Positions 51,286 through 64,000 of a stretch of 64,000 nt of DNA are shown here, one piece after another (position 1 is the stretch's first letter; every line of letters starts with the position of its first letter). Position numbers and translations under genes: made by a program. This DNA comes from Ascidiella aspersa (lineage: Eukaryota), in contig OZ004611.1 in NCBI GenBank assembly GCA_963924565.1, positions 30,380,001 through 30,444,000 of the forward strand. The letters run 5' to 3'. Below the pieces are notes generated by a model. The model did no database searches. It was not told the DNA's origin and saw nothing but the letters and a program-made list of their open reading frames with translations.

Positions 51286-51440
51286 TTGGGTACACTATGC
51301 ACGGATCTGTAATGTAGCTTAATAATAAAATCAAAGCCACTAACTGAACTAACTGAAGATGATACAAGTTCGTATCGAAACGTCTTAATCAAGATGCTGT
51401 CGATCTACTCGAACTTTTTGGCTTTGAAATTTATTATTGA
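51286..51440 (+). mobile_element. Family A repeat with intact hammerhead core
   Basis: ttgggtacactatgcacggatctgtaatgtagctt head followed by the inverted arm containing the hammerhead motif. Confidence 0.7.
51348..51389 (+). ncRNA. Minimal type-I hammerhead ribozyme motif (repeat family A)
   Basis: taa-CTGAAGA-T-GATAC(aagttc)GTATC-GAAA-CGTC-tta: intact core, 5-bp stem II, GUC triplet, predicted cleavage after 51384; stem I is short. Confidence 0.65.
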
Positions 51441-51864
51441 CATTTTATTGTCCAATAATAATGTTTAAAAGAATAAAGAAGCTTTGCAACGAAATGTAAA
51501 ATATTGTTTATGAAATGGTTAAAATGGTATTTCGAAATAAAAATCAAGAATTGTATTCAACAAAATGTTAAAAAATAGTATTTTGTGAAACGATTAAAAT
51601 AAGTGTTTTGCAAAAATAAAAAAATAAAAATGGTAGCAAATGGTCGTATAGATACCGGAAAAACACAAAAACGTGCGTTCTTCTTAATCCGACGCACAAT
51701 GAGCGAAATCTCGTGGGCCCATTGGTGGCAATCGCACTACGCCTGTGCATTGCAGTGCAGTCAGGACACTGCTGCGTACATACTTGGTGCTATACACAAG
51801 TGCACAGCGATTGATTTCCGTTATATGAGAGCCATGTGCACTGTGCAGTTGCTTAGGCGTGTTC

Positions 51865-52410
51865 AACGGCCTTCTATGTAGGGATTGCAAGCTTAGGTGT
51901 ACGCAATATCATAATGCAATGGTTTGTAACAATATGAGCTAGGCAAGGGTTGGTAGATCAGTATAATGTTTTTAATGATAACCAGTGTGAAAAAGATGAT
52001 TACCAGTGTGAAAAAAGTGGACAGCACTGTGCCATTGCTTATGGCCGCTTAACGGCCTTCTATTCTAGTAAAGGATGGCAAGCTTAGGTGTACGCAATAT
52101 CATAATGCAATGGTTTGTAACAATATGAGCTAGGCAAGGGTTGGTAGATCAGTATAATGTTTTAAATGATAACCAGTGTGAAAAAGATGATCACCAGTGT
52201 GAAAAAAGTGGACAGCACTGTGCCATTGCTTATGGCCGCTTAACGGCCTTCTATTCTAGTAAAGGATCGCAAGCTTCGGTGTACGCAATATGATAATGCA
52301 AAGGTTTGTTACAATATGAGCTAGGCAAGGATATAATAGAATGTTTTCAATGATAAAGAGTGTGAAAAGAACTGAATAAAAAAAAACTAAAAATAGGACA
52401 GAGCAACTGT
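51865..52410 (+). repeat. Tandem ~190-bp unit x ~2.8
   Basis: aacggccttcta at 51865, 52051 and 52242; the first two units are nearly identical. Confidence 0.9.
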
Positions 52411-54253
52411 GCAGGTATAATTTTGAACGTTTCGAATATATTTTATCCACCTGTACAACTACTAACCGTGGTGCGAAGCGAAGAAAACACTATACATTTC
52501 TACCATTTTCCTTTGAAGTTAGATCGTAGGCTGCATTTTAAGAATTGTTTGTATATATTACGCTGTTTATATCGTGTTTCGCTATCAAGAAACTTAAAAT
52601 TAAAAAAAATGGAGACATAAATAAGCCTAAACGTCAAAGCAGTTGTTCATTTTTTGGATCTCCACTAATCCTCCCACAAATGTATCTAATCCGATCAAAT
52701 GAAACAGAAATCGATTAGTAGAGTGTTTGTAACTGTTTTAGTCCATTTCACGCAACGTGCAATACATTTGCTGAACTCTTACGATCATTTTTGATGCGTT
52801 TTAGGTTTATTATTTCCTAAACTAGACTAAATTAATCCCTTTGCCCATATGAATTATATAGCTTTTGTGTATGTATAAGGAGAAGGGAATAACACGTAGA
52901 ACAAAACTACTGTCCTAAAATTATTGCATAGATAAATCTAATGAAAGGTCTTACAATACAGCTACTTCAACATAAAGGTTAAGTTCGGCGCACAAATTGT
53001 TTTTCACCTACAAAAAATGAATATCAAAAGTGTGATTTCGATTGAATCATGAATCACGCCCATATAATTTTTTTTTTTTTAACTGCTGAAAATGTTCAAT
53101 ATCTGCAGTTTTGAATAACACGGGCAGTAGGCACACACACACGTATAGTCGCATGCCTACAGTCCTACATACACAGCGTTTATACAGTTATAGTAACGTT
53201 TCCAATTCTGCCTTCAATCGCTATACAGTGCCTATAGCGTTGAACCTGAGTGACCCCACTCGGTAGTCATTGACAAAGTGGCTCTACGCAGCATAGTTAT
53301 TGCTAGCAGAAGGTTGGTCCCATTGGCAAATTTAAAGACACAATAGCCTTATACTTTACTCTTGTTTACAGTTTTGTGACTATGGCATCAAGACATTGTT
53401 AAAGTTTAATTTATCACTACGTTAGTGCGAGTTTGTTATCGCTGTTTTATATGTGTGGTTGGTTGCCATTTGTCGCTTTATAAGAACTCTGTCTTGCATG
53501 ATGTGCCATTGTTAGGTAAGTTTTGGAAACCAACAAAAAGAGCCGATTTAGCAGGACATATTGGAGTTTTCTAGATATATTTTTGCCTGTACGGCAGAAA
53601 TAGCGAATAGTTCGGACTGTTAGTGCCAATGTGCTTAAAATGGTCACAGTTACTCCCTTCGCCTGCAGTGTTAAGGTTTAACGCTAAAATATAGCCTTGG
53701 TGTCCTCTTATGAACTAGTAGTGTTTAAAACTGTGTGGCGGTAGCTTACCGATGCGTTTGGTAAGCTGGTTGCTATTGTTGTGTATAAAGAAGTTGAAGC
53801 TTCGTTATACGTTTTTCTACAGTCTACTAAAAATTAGTATGAACTGTGTAGTTCTATAACGACAAATAACTGAAAACAGCAGGACACCATTAGACAGCCT
53901 AACTTATGCGTTTAACAAAATTAAATCTAGCTCAGCCAATAAATTTAATGATATGCAAACGGCACTTTCCTGTATTGCATACAAAATATTTAAAAGTGCG
54001 CATTGTTGTATTTCTTGTATGGTGCCGTTGTAGGAAAATCAATCAGAAAGGCGTTTGGTGCCATCGCGACAGGTTAGCGAAGAGAGAGAGCGAAAAAAAG
54101 AAAGCGTATCGGTATGCGAGAGAGAGAAAAAGAAAGAAGGTTCTTGGTCCGTAATTTTCATAAGCGAGCGTGCAAACCCATTTCCGGCAGAACTAACGCT
54201 TAATTGGTCGGCAACTTGAATATTACAGCAAAGCCGAGACCTAGTATACAGAA

Positions 54254-54764
54254 CAGTGGTTCTCAAAGTATGGGTCGCGACCAAAACATGGGTCGCGCAG
54301 GGTAAAAAAATGGGTCGCTCTATGGTGATTCAATCCTGCGCAAACGAACTTTTTTATTTCATTTTTCAAATATTTTCAATTCAATCATAACTGAGTTATT
54401 GCATTATAAGCTTTCCACGTGGCTTCAAATCTGTAACCTGGATTATTGCATCATAAGTGGTTTTATGAACGTTTTGATGGCAGCCAGCTACAGTAGCTGG
54501 TAAGAAAGCTTTTAGTCACCAAACAAGCCACACTGATATTATAAAGGAAAAAAGTTCAGTTTCACCAATCACACTAAAATAAATCAATCATTTGTTTGTA
54601 ATCAATTATTGTTTTATAGAACTGTGTACTACATCTGGTTGTTTGTGTCTTTTTCTATTTCATGCATGTCAGAAAAAAGACATTTTTTGATGTTTGAGGC
54701 TTGGGTCGTGAGATGCTCATAAAACTCAGATTTGGGTCGCGCTCAAAAAAGTTGAGAACCACTG
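54254..54764. mobile_element. hAT-type MITE
   Basis: CAGTGGTTCTCAA...TTGAGAACCACTG; gggtcgcg subterminal repeats; TSD atacagaa/atatagag. Confidence 0.8.
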
Positions 54765-57436
54765 ATATAGAGTAATGTTAAATTTGACGCTCTGTTTTTC
54801 GACTTGTTTCGTAGCCGTGTTAGTTATTTATTGTTTGGCTGTAAATATTCTTTTTTTCTTAAAGTTCAAAGTTTATTGGCCTGACGAAGATTGACAAATC
54901 TTTGAAAGACGAACAATTTTATAATTGATACAATGTCTGGAAGCAACAATATAATAGTAAAATTCGAACCAGTTTTCTTCCTTTCTGTGAACGTCCAGAT
55001 ACAATGTAACAAAATCGATAATAGCATATACCTGAGGACAGCCGACACAAACGTATGGAAATTCCCCTAAAGTAGGAAATGACATTACGTTTTTTATTGA
55101 TCCTACAGGAGACATGCTGTTACGTGTCACTTTTTTCCCAAAGATTTGCAAGCCAGACATTTTCTTTAAGGATTAGTTTTATGAACCCCAGAGACACTCT
55201 TAAAACTGAAAGTAAAATTAACGAGACACGTTCAAAAATATTAGGGTTATGTGCTACCTCCTACTTTAAATAATGCAGTAATTCGTGATATAAACCAAAC
55301 TATAGAAATTTTTTGCTGAAACTATATTTTTGCAATGTTTGGTTTGCATTTTTTGTTTTGAAATATGTGTTGTTACAAAATAGAAAGAGAACAACTGAAA
55401 CTAGCTGTAATTCTTATTGCCGAACCAGCTATAGACAGACCGGCTAAAAGACTGTGTTACAGTATTTAGAGACGCATTCAGCACTTAAAACAGGTCTTCT
55501 GGTTTTTAGTTTGTTACCAACTTTTGGTATTTTTGAGATTTTTAGTTTTATACTACTGTTACCTTTGTAAAACGTTCCGCGAAAGTTGAAATTTGAAACT
55601 GAGAACTCTTCTAGGTCCCTGCCTCTGCACGACCATGCTAAAATAATGTAAAGTTTAGTTGGCGATTGTGTTTGTTATTACTCTTACATTTGAAGATCGT
55701 TAGCTTTACCACTTGCAATTCAAGTCAAAAAAGTATATCTAATACAATGTATATTTGTGTATATTTCATGTAGGTCCATACTGGACTCCCCAACAAAACG
55801 TTACCTCTGGAAACCACCCCTTACTATACTATACCTCAAAAAACAATAGGCACACAAATTTTTTGCATGGACCGAATTAAAGGTTATTATTATCGGGTTA
55901 AAGCACATTGTCCAATAAATGCATAATATTCTGTTTGTTTATCTTGTGTTGTACTTGTAGAAGGTTATATATAGAGAGCTGTATTTTTAGACTTTTAATT
56001 TGACACTACTTATACCTTTGTAAAAAGTTCCCACGACAGTTGATATTTGAAACTGAGAGATCTTCAAGGTGCCTGTTCCGCCAGCAGTGTTTAATATTTT
56101 AAGTTCAGTTGGCGATTGTGTGGTGCACTTATTTGTACATTTGAAGATCATTCGTTTTACCATCTGCAAATCATGTCAAAAAATTATATATTATATAGAC
56201 GTTACCTTTGCGCATAATTAATGCGGGCCTACCCGACTAAAAATAAAACATGGTATTTTCAACGCCACGCCCTTGTATTCCTCAAATAATTACTGAGCAA
56301 AGAAATCGTTTAATGGAACGAAAGTAAAGGGTATTAGGATCATGTTAAAATAAATTGTACAAATAAAACCATAAAATAATGTTCGTTTATTTCGTGCCAT
56401 ACTTCAAGTGTAAATAGAGCTGTGGTTCTTAGCCAGGGTTTCTCACGCTCAAGGGTGCCAAGCGATCTTTTAAATTGTGCTGAATTACCAATTGCTCTTT
56501 GATAAGCTTCTTGGTACAATTTTTTGTCTACTTTTGGAATGCAACAATCCAAAAACTCTTATCTTCATTGCGCATAGCTGATGTGTGTTGTTTTTATAAG
56601 GCTTATGGTGACATAGTAAACCACTTCAAAGAACCAAAGGTGTCCCGAAGTGCCCATATTTTGTATAGGGTTCCGTAATTTAAAAGAGAAGAGAAAACAT
56701 TGATTTACAGAAATGACCGCGCAAAGGAAAAGTAGTTCTCAGACATAACAGCGGCGTAACAAGAGGAGGCTTTGCGATTTAACAGAAGGTTGTTTCCAGC
56801 GATACGAGTCCTGAGAAAAATGCATTGCATTTGTACGGATATTTTACAGCGCTTGCAACAAAACCTCGTGACACCTTTACATGGGAAACACTAAAATGTT
56901 GAAAGACACTCATAGAGTATCATTTGGTCTCCTTAAAAATACCTTGTAAAATTAGTATTCGATAAATTTAACCGGCTTCAAGAATACAAAACCCGCTGTC
57001 AGTTACAATTTTAATTCAACCCAGGCCCGTGCTGCCGTCCTCCAAATCAATAATAGGAAGAGCGAAAAAGGCTTAAAACCTTAGCCCCGGCGCCTTGCCA
57101 AATGAAGACTAATTGATTGTAATTGAATTGCGGCGAACTGGTTTGCCCTGGATTAGGACACAGGTTACGCGTACTTGAATTATTCAAGGTGGTTGGGGAT
57201 TTGGTCGATGCACTTAAAGTGAGAGATCCTGGTTGTGGATGCCGTAAGCGGTTTGCAATCAAATGGGTTTTAAAATTTTAATTACCAAGATGACCTTGCA
57301 ATCTGCATGACCTTGAATAGAACCACGCAAAATATTTCCGCAAAGCGATTAAAACTACTACATTTATGTTGGAAATACTTTTATTTACTTTTTTTGGCGG
57401 GATAATGAATTACAAAGACAAAAATGTCGAATAGGT

Positions 57437-57551
57437 CAGAAGGTGATACAAGCTCGTATCGAAACGTCTTTATCAAGATGATGTCGATCTCTACTCGGCA
57501 TTTGCAATTCATTTCCAAGCTACATTACAGATCCGTGCATAGTGTACCCAA
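57437..57551 (+). mobile_element. Family A repeat, complete sense arm with mutated core
   Basis: CAGAAGG-T-GATACAAGCTCGTATCGAAACGTC...CTACATTACAGATCCGTGCATAGTGTACCCAA. Confidence 0.7.
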
Positions 57552-60235
57552 GGTTTTTTTTAACAATTCTATTACAATGACTCCACATCTGCATGGCTGC
57601 CACGCTTAAGATTCCCGCCAAGCGAAAATAGTATATTTATCTCATTATTGGAAATGCTTAATTTACTGAATGTACTTGGGACTATTTTACATTCACATTT
57701 CTGGACCAAAATCAGCAGATTTGTGAAGTCTATTTGTATTGTGACGTCAGTTTATGACGTCATTTCAGAAATTTTCTTACCCACTCTGGTTCAAACGAAG
57801 CAAAAACAAATTTTTAGGGGTCCATGGTAAAAAAAAGGTTAAGAACCCCCCTGATTTAGAGGATCATGTTACATGCACAACGCCACGGCCACAATTAGAA
57901 AAATAACGCATTAACTATTATAAACTATTATGTGCATTAACTAAATTAAGTTATTTTTCGCGAAAGCTTAATCTGCGAAGAAAGTATACGCAGACCTCAT
58001 ATAATTAGTTGTGAATGCGCTTTGCATTTGAAGGAGGTTTAACAATTTAATTACTTCTGCACTGCGAGGCTCCCTAGGGGGTAAAATTTTCCGATTGAAT
58101 TATATCGCAGTATGGTACCGACGTCCCCAATCTATTTTGAAATCTATATTTAAGCTCTATATATCGTGGATGTCCGGCATTGATTTTTTTCCTGGTAAGA
58201 TAGGAAATGCTTTTTTGTGAAGCTTTTAATACCTAAACCTCTTCATTGCCGAGGTGAGGCAAGCATAGTAGGTAAAGTTATGGAGCATAATGGTTGGAAA
58301 TTGTACTAAGAAATTGAATAAAAAAAAAATTCAAAAGGCTTCTTATGCTTCTGTCAGGGCTTTGATATTCTTCTTACCAGCTAAAAAATTGACGAACCAA
58401 CTTGGCCAATTCTATACAATAAATACACATATCTTACCCCGCAATTTTTTTATTGCATTTGATTTTGTTATATTGTAAAGAGTGAAGTTAAACAACTTTT
58501 AAGTAGCTCAGACATTTCATTAAATGTCATGTTGTTGTGCGAAGGTTATGTTGAAGAGCCCAGATGGGTCGTTACTTCTTTGCATTGTAAAATATTAGGA
58601 GGCTTGTTTTCTTTCCACAGTATCTTCTTAGCTAACGTTTGCTGCATTTAGCACAAGCCTAATGTGTAAGGACTCGCATTTTAAAAGACGTCGAGAGATC
58701 TCTCATTATTTTTTTTTATTTCTCCTGCGGTTTTCCGATTTACGCTTCAATTTTTTATAGATGCACAAAGTCATCGGAAATATTGTTTTTTGGATTTTGA
58801 TGAGCAGGTATTGGTTGGACGTATATATTTAATACATTGCAGTAGGAGTTCTTTTAATCATTGTGCTTAAGTTGACGTTCTTTATATTACAACTGGTGAC
58901 CTATATGAACATAATAAGCTACTCTATCAAAACCAATAACACCATTTTAAATGGGTTAGGGCTGAAATTATTAGCAGAGTTAGTGTATTTAGGTAAAATG
59001 TTGTATAAGCCTTATTATGACGATTTAGGACTTAATCCGACGGATTTACGAATTATTCCTGGTCTTAATCTGGACTTTATTTTATTCTGACGTTTAAGTT
59101 GTTTACATTTCTGTCTTTTTATCTGGAGTCCAATTAACAGACGTCATTTTTGTCGTTAATGTTATGTAAGTCCGTAACGTTTACGAGATGGTTTTACGGT
59201 TGCTTGGGTTAGGGCAGCTGTGATGACAACATAAAAAGTCGCTGACGCACTGCGACCAAATGTTGAATATTTGCAGAAAAAAAATCTCTGCAAAAATGCG
59301 ACGGATTGTGTTGTTGGTTGTGTTGTCTTTGGACCACCACAAAAATCGACGGTGTTTGAAAGCATACGAACAGAAATATAAGGGTTGGAATTCGAGATGA
59401 CCGGTAATATCGGTTTGGAGCCGATACCCGATGCCAATTAGTAGGGGATATCGTCTGATGCTTGGGATCTGTATAGACATCGGAATCAGATTCCAAGTAT
59501 GGGACACCCCTAGTTGTTATATGCGTCGTAAGCTTGTAGTAGCATCTTTATTACCTGCCCAAATATTTTAAAACGCTTTTCCAAGTACTTGACAACCTGC
59601 TTAAGCCCCTCCTTTTCCGCGTTAATTTTCACAGCCTTCTCTTAACGTGATTGTTTTTTTCCCGTCGTATTGAAAAAGCACCTTATCCAAATCTAAACTT
59701 GCAATAATTTACTTTTGGACCGTTAAGCACGAAAGCTAATCCGTTACAACAACTTTAAGAGGGGCGTTAGCCTTTCGCACACACCCTCTTATAACGTCAC
59801 TCGCGCGAGCGGCAGACATGCCATGACGTCACCAGCAAGATACGTCCATTGATTTTGCGAAAACACTTAATGAAACGTACATGTGATTGACATTAGCCGC
59901 GTTTTTTCTGCCTTAAGCTTTTTAAATATACTTCTATTAAGAATCAGTAAAATATTTTAGTTTATAGAACAACTTAAGTTCCTAGCGAATATTGCGAATA
60001 TTATAAACTAATTCGTTCGTTTAAATAAGAATTTTTTTTAGTGTAACACAACACTGCTAATCCTTAACTATAATCATGAATGAAAACGATCGCGAAATTA
60101 TTTTAGGAAGAAACCTATTTTTTTGGCGAGAGTTATTTTTGATAAATTAAAACCAATGTATTTAAAAGAAAATAAATTTGTTAAAAGTTTTTTCATATGT
60201 GGTATCGGTAGTTTTTTTTAATAATAAACACCTTT

Positions 60236-60855
60236 CAGGGGTGTCCGTACTGAGTGTTTAATTCCGATGCCATGACCCGATATTAAAGACGAAAAATATC
60301 GCGATATTATCCGATAGCAAATGACGTCATTGCTAGAAATAAACAAAATTTTGTAATAATGACGTCATTTCGTATCGGATATCCACTAATCAAAAATCAA
60401 ATTGTTGAATGCAAAAAAAAGACCTTTATTTGAGTGAATTTTAGTTTGAACAAAAACTACCGTTTAAATTGGCAAGGTCAGATGGGACACTATAGCTGAA
60501 ATGCTGAAATTAATTTGGTATTGAATCACCCTAGTATCGGAAGAATCACCCTAGTATCGGAAGAATCACCCTAGTATCGGAAAATCACCCTAGTATCGGA
60601 AGAATACCGATAATACCACATGATATCAGGTATCGGCTCAGATCCGATAATTTTTGCGCTACCCTAAAAATTACGTTCCTGCTTTCTAGAGCGAAAATAG
60701 AACTCATTCAGATTGGAAACCATGGCTGAAATTAATTTAGTACGGGCCGGCAATGATACCCCACTAGTATCGTACAAATCGATACTACCACTTGGTATCG
60801 GGTATCGGCTCCGATCCAATGATATCGGGCATCCCTGTAGTCAGCGCTACCCTAA
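60236..60855. mobile_element. GTATCGG-rich MITE with an internal 20-bp tandem repeat
   Basis: CAGGGGTGTCC start, gtatcgg/ccgatac subrepeats, gaatcaccctagtatcggaa x4 (60523-60602); relatives at ~43770-44116 and 59380-59512. Confidence 0.6.
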
Positions 60856-60928
60856 AATGTCAGCTTTCTATAGTGACCATCAGATTTGGTAAGGTGAACT
60901 ATAGCACTATACAGTGTACACTATACAC

Positions 60929-61211
60929 CAGTGGTTCCCAAACTTTTTTCACTCGCGGCACACTAAAAATATCTTAACTATTTCGCGGCACACTTTTAAC
61001 AGAACAACAATAGAGTCATTTTACAATCGCCCTGACAAACTATCTGTAAATGTCTGAATGTTATTAATTTGTAATGGGTATAGTGCGTATTCAAGTCTAA
61101 AATGCTTGCGTATATGCCTATTTGTAAAAGAAATACTCTATTTTCCGAAATTACAAAAAGTTTCGCGGCACACTTGACAATTTCTCGAGGCACACAGTTT
61201 GAAAATCACTG
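60929..61211. mobile_element. hAT-type MITE
   Basis: CAGTGGTTCCCAAACT...AGTTTGAAAATCACTG terminal inverted repeats with a perfect 8-bp TSD ctatacac. Confidence 0.85.
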
Positions 61212-63355
61212 CTATACACTATACATGCAAGCCTTGAGGCAGGTATGGCGCTAAGGTCAAGTCAGGGGCGGGGCGATCGCGAATGACTTCACCTTAGCCC
61301 AAGGACCAGGGAAGTCATCATCGTACTGTCATCGCGTGACTCGGACTTATAATGTTACTACAACGCCCGGCCGATCATTTGTTGTTGCAAGCTCGGCGTA
61401 TAGGCAAGGGCAATCATTTCAGTCCTTGCTTGTAAATATGGTTAGAGGTTGTAGTTAGACGTAGTAAGGATATCAAATCCCATGCAGAAGTAGATATACA
61501 CTATGTTGAAAATATATATAAGAAAGAGATACTCGAAACCTTCAACGTGCTACTTAGTTCTGTATAGCCTTTGATAGATTTAGGGTTTTGAATGCATTGC
61601 GGGCTTTCAGATTATAACAGGGCCTTCAAGATTCAAGAAAGGATCATGCTAAATGAATTCCGGACTATATAGAAGATGAAGTGCCTTGGAACTAAAACTT
61701 TTCCAAAAACATTTACGAATAGATTAAAGGATTTTGGAATAGATCAATAGTGCTTACTCAGGAGAGAATAATCAAGTTATAAAGAAAGGGTAATAACTTA
61801 AGGCTTCTCTGACTAAACAATCAGATTTTAAAATCAAAACGAGCCCCTATTTAAAGTTTAGCTGCTTTTGAAGTATTTGTGTCTGCAGTTAAATGGATGG
61901 CCTTTTTAAACAGAATTGTTGTGCTTAAAAAGAATTCAGTGTTTCGAGAAAGCTCACTACAAAAACTGAAACAGTTTAGTGCCCGGAACACATTTTAAAA
62001 ATAATCCAGAAACTCTGTGAGACATATTTGAATCATAATGGCTAAAGATTAGAGTGGACGTACAATGAATCACTGAGCGATTAAATTTCGTATAAACAAA
62101 TTCGAAACATTCGCAAAACTTCTGTATGGGATCTGGTATTTATTCTACGTAATGACAAACATGTATATTTCCCTTCGTTTAGCAAATGCTGAGGTTTTAT
62201 GGCTGTAAAGAGTGTCACTGCAGACTCAGAACTTGCGCCAACGCGTACACGCAAACGCTTTAGCACCGGAACAAAGTTTTCAGTGTTTGACAGCTCTGAA
62301 TAATTCATTACGTAAACCAGACGTCGGTTTCTTCGCGGGTTGTGCGTGATTATCCTCGAGTAAGATTTTGAACCCCGGAGACCCAAACCCCGGAGCAACT
62401 TAAAGTTGTTGTTTTTACGGGAGCGCGTTTTGAGTTCCAGATGTGTAGTTGTTTTAGCAGCGGAGACAGGTCAAATTATTACTTGGAACTTGTTTGTGTG
62501 ACATTAAACAACTTCGAATTTTGCCGCTGCTGACGATAATGATAATTTTAACGACTATTATAACAAACTCTAACTATACCCTTGTTTTCGTTTAAGTAAA
62601 AAAATGCCACCTATAACTATATCATTACAGATTAGCATTGCTGTCGTTTTCTTAAGGCAGATAAAAATATTAAATACCTTTAATACGAATTACTAATTTT
62701 AAACACAATGGAGCTGGTTAAATATAGTTTTTTATTTTTTAAGAAAAATGACAAGTTGTAGTTAGAGGTAGAAAGTTTGTATAGAAGCTCGTAGCATTTT
62801 GAACGTTTCAAATAAATCTTAAGATAATTGCTTGAGGTTGTAGTTAGACTTAGAATGAATATCAAAGCCCATTCGAAAGTAGGTATAATTTTGTAAACGT
62901 TTCTAATAAGCCTTAAGCTAATGGTTCAAGGTTGTATAGTTAGACCTACAATAAACACCAAAGCCCATGGAAAAGTAGAAAATTTTTGTACGTATTGTAA
63001 AAGGGGCTTGGGCTAAAAGGGGCTTGCCCAAATGAACTACGTCACTGGGGATGCTAAACTTGTTATTGCTTGTGTGGTATTGTGGGTAACATCGCAATCT
63101 AGTGTCGAAACAGCAGCATGTGCTTTGTAACAATATCACCTCATTTAACCCCTTTTGATAAATTTTGAGAAACTTGATACTACTTTATATACTTATATAA
63201 TTTTTAGTTAGCCACTGTGAACGATAATCGAAATCTAAACGAATATTATGACAAACTTCAAATTGTTTTCTGATACATAAAGAATTGTAGCAATATTTGT
63301 AAATGGCGGTATTTCCTTGTGTTTTTACACGATTTTTACTGTCTTCATTTCTACT

Positions 63356-63393
63356 TTGACCTGATGAATCACGGTTGTGCGAAAGCTTGTCGA
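63356..63393 (+). ncRNA. Minimal type-I hammerhead ribozyme motif (type D)
   Basis: TTGAC-CTGATGA-A-tCAC(ggtt)GTGc-GAAA-GCTT-GTCGA: 5-bp stem I, 3-bp stem II, palindromic AAGCTT helix III. Confidence 0.6.
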
Positions 63394-63658
63394 TAATTCA
63401 ATACAACTTGCCAAAGTGCCATCTGATTTCCTATAAAGATTTGTGTCTCGGTATTTGGTTGTAATATGTTTTGTACTGAGCCTACGAAATCCCCTGTTTT
63501 TTTAACCTTTTATTGAATAAATATATAAAGCGCGTATACTCATAAATCGGGTCGAAACCACATGGGTATAAATTGTGGTCTAGCTCTATACTGAAGTAGC
63601 ACTGACCAACCATTACAGCATACTCGTAATAATATCTCATCTAAGGCTGGATATTTAG

Positions 63659-63998
63659 CAGTGTTGCAATGACTTAAAACAATGACTTGACTTAAGTGCA
63701 CTCAATCACTGTGTTCAAATGATTAATTTAATTAAGTCTTTTTGGCAAATGACTTGGGTTTAAATGAAATGTTTTCTGTAAGTCTTTGTTTTAAATAGAG
63801 CTATTTTTGTTGAATTATTGCTCATATAGTCGTACGAGTTTAAAATTTCCAATAGTTTAACGTTTTATTTTTAAGACAAGGACGTGACTTGAAGTTGACT
63901 TGTTATTTATTCAAAAAGACTTGACTTTAACCAAAGTTATTCTACAAATGACTTGACTGGGACTTAAGTTATTTCAAAATGACTACCTTACAACACTG
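63659..63998. mobile_element. MITE with GACTT subterminal repeats (same family as 21694-22144)
   Basis: CAGTGTTG...CAACACTG termini; internal sequence is the reverse complement of the 21.7-kb copy. Confidence 0.75.
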
Positions 63999-64000
63999 TA

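Noticed and set aside
54873-55160. Possible GIY-YIG remnant (YVCVGCPQVY) and a hammerhead-like CTGACGA...GAAA at 54881-54907
   Set aside because: No IGET or REH motif follows; the RNA motif lacks stem I and an NUH triplet, and the two lie on opposite strands.
60523-60602. CRISPR-like repeated 20-mer
   Set aside because: The repeats are head-to-tail with no spacers, inside a MITE in eukaryotic DNA.
61580-62080. Possible decayed retroelement coding fragment
   Set aside because: Multiple stops and no RT, endonuclease or transposase motif recognisable by eye; it needs BLASTx.

Overview
AT-rich, repeat-dense animal genomic DNA containing one protein-coding gene that I can support: a paralogy-group-2 Hox gene (Hox2/proboscipedia-like) on the + strand. 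It has three coding exons (5258-5972, 29744-29891, 33471-34908; 766 aa if spliced as shown), a 23.8-kb first intron and a 3.6-kb intron inside the homeobox. I saw no second homeobox in the window. The gene architecture suggests an invertebrate, plausibly a tunicate, but this is inference. The non-coding DNA carries many hAT-type MITEs, local tandem duplications and tRNA-derived fragments. Three observations stand out. (1) At least five unrelated short repeat types carry minimal type-I hammerhead-ribozyme motifs with a one-nucleotide core insertion and a palindromic helix III, and most are arranged as inverted pairs; this is the architecture expected of non-autonomous Penelope-like elements, and one family has a compensatory U3-A8 core. 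(2) A ~450-bp inserted element has 100-bp terminal direct repeats wrapped around a complete Pol III tRNA-like gene. (3) Intron 1 contains a TGATGGATGGG + TGACAG (Pbx/Hox + Meis/Prep) module resembling vertebrate Hox1/Hox2 cross-regulatory enhancers. All calls were made by eye and no searches were run.
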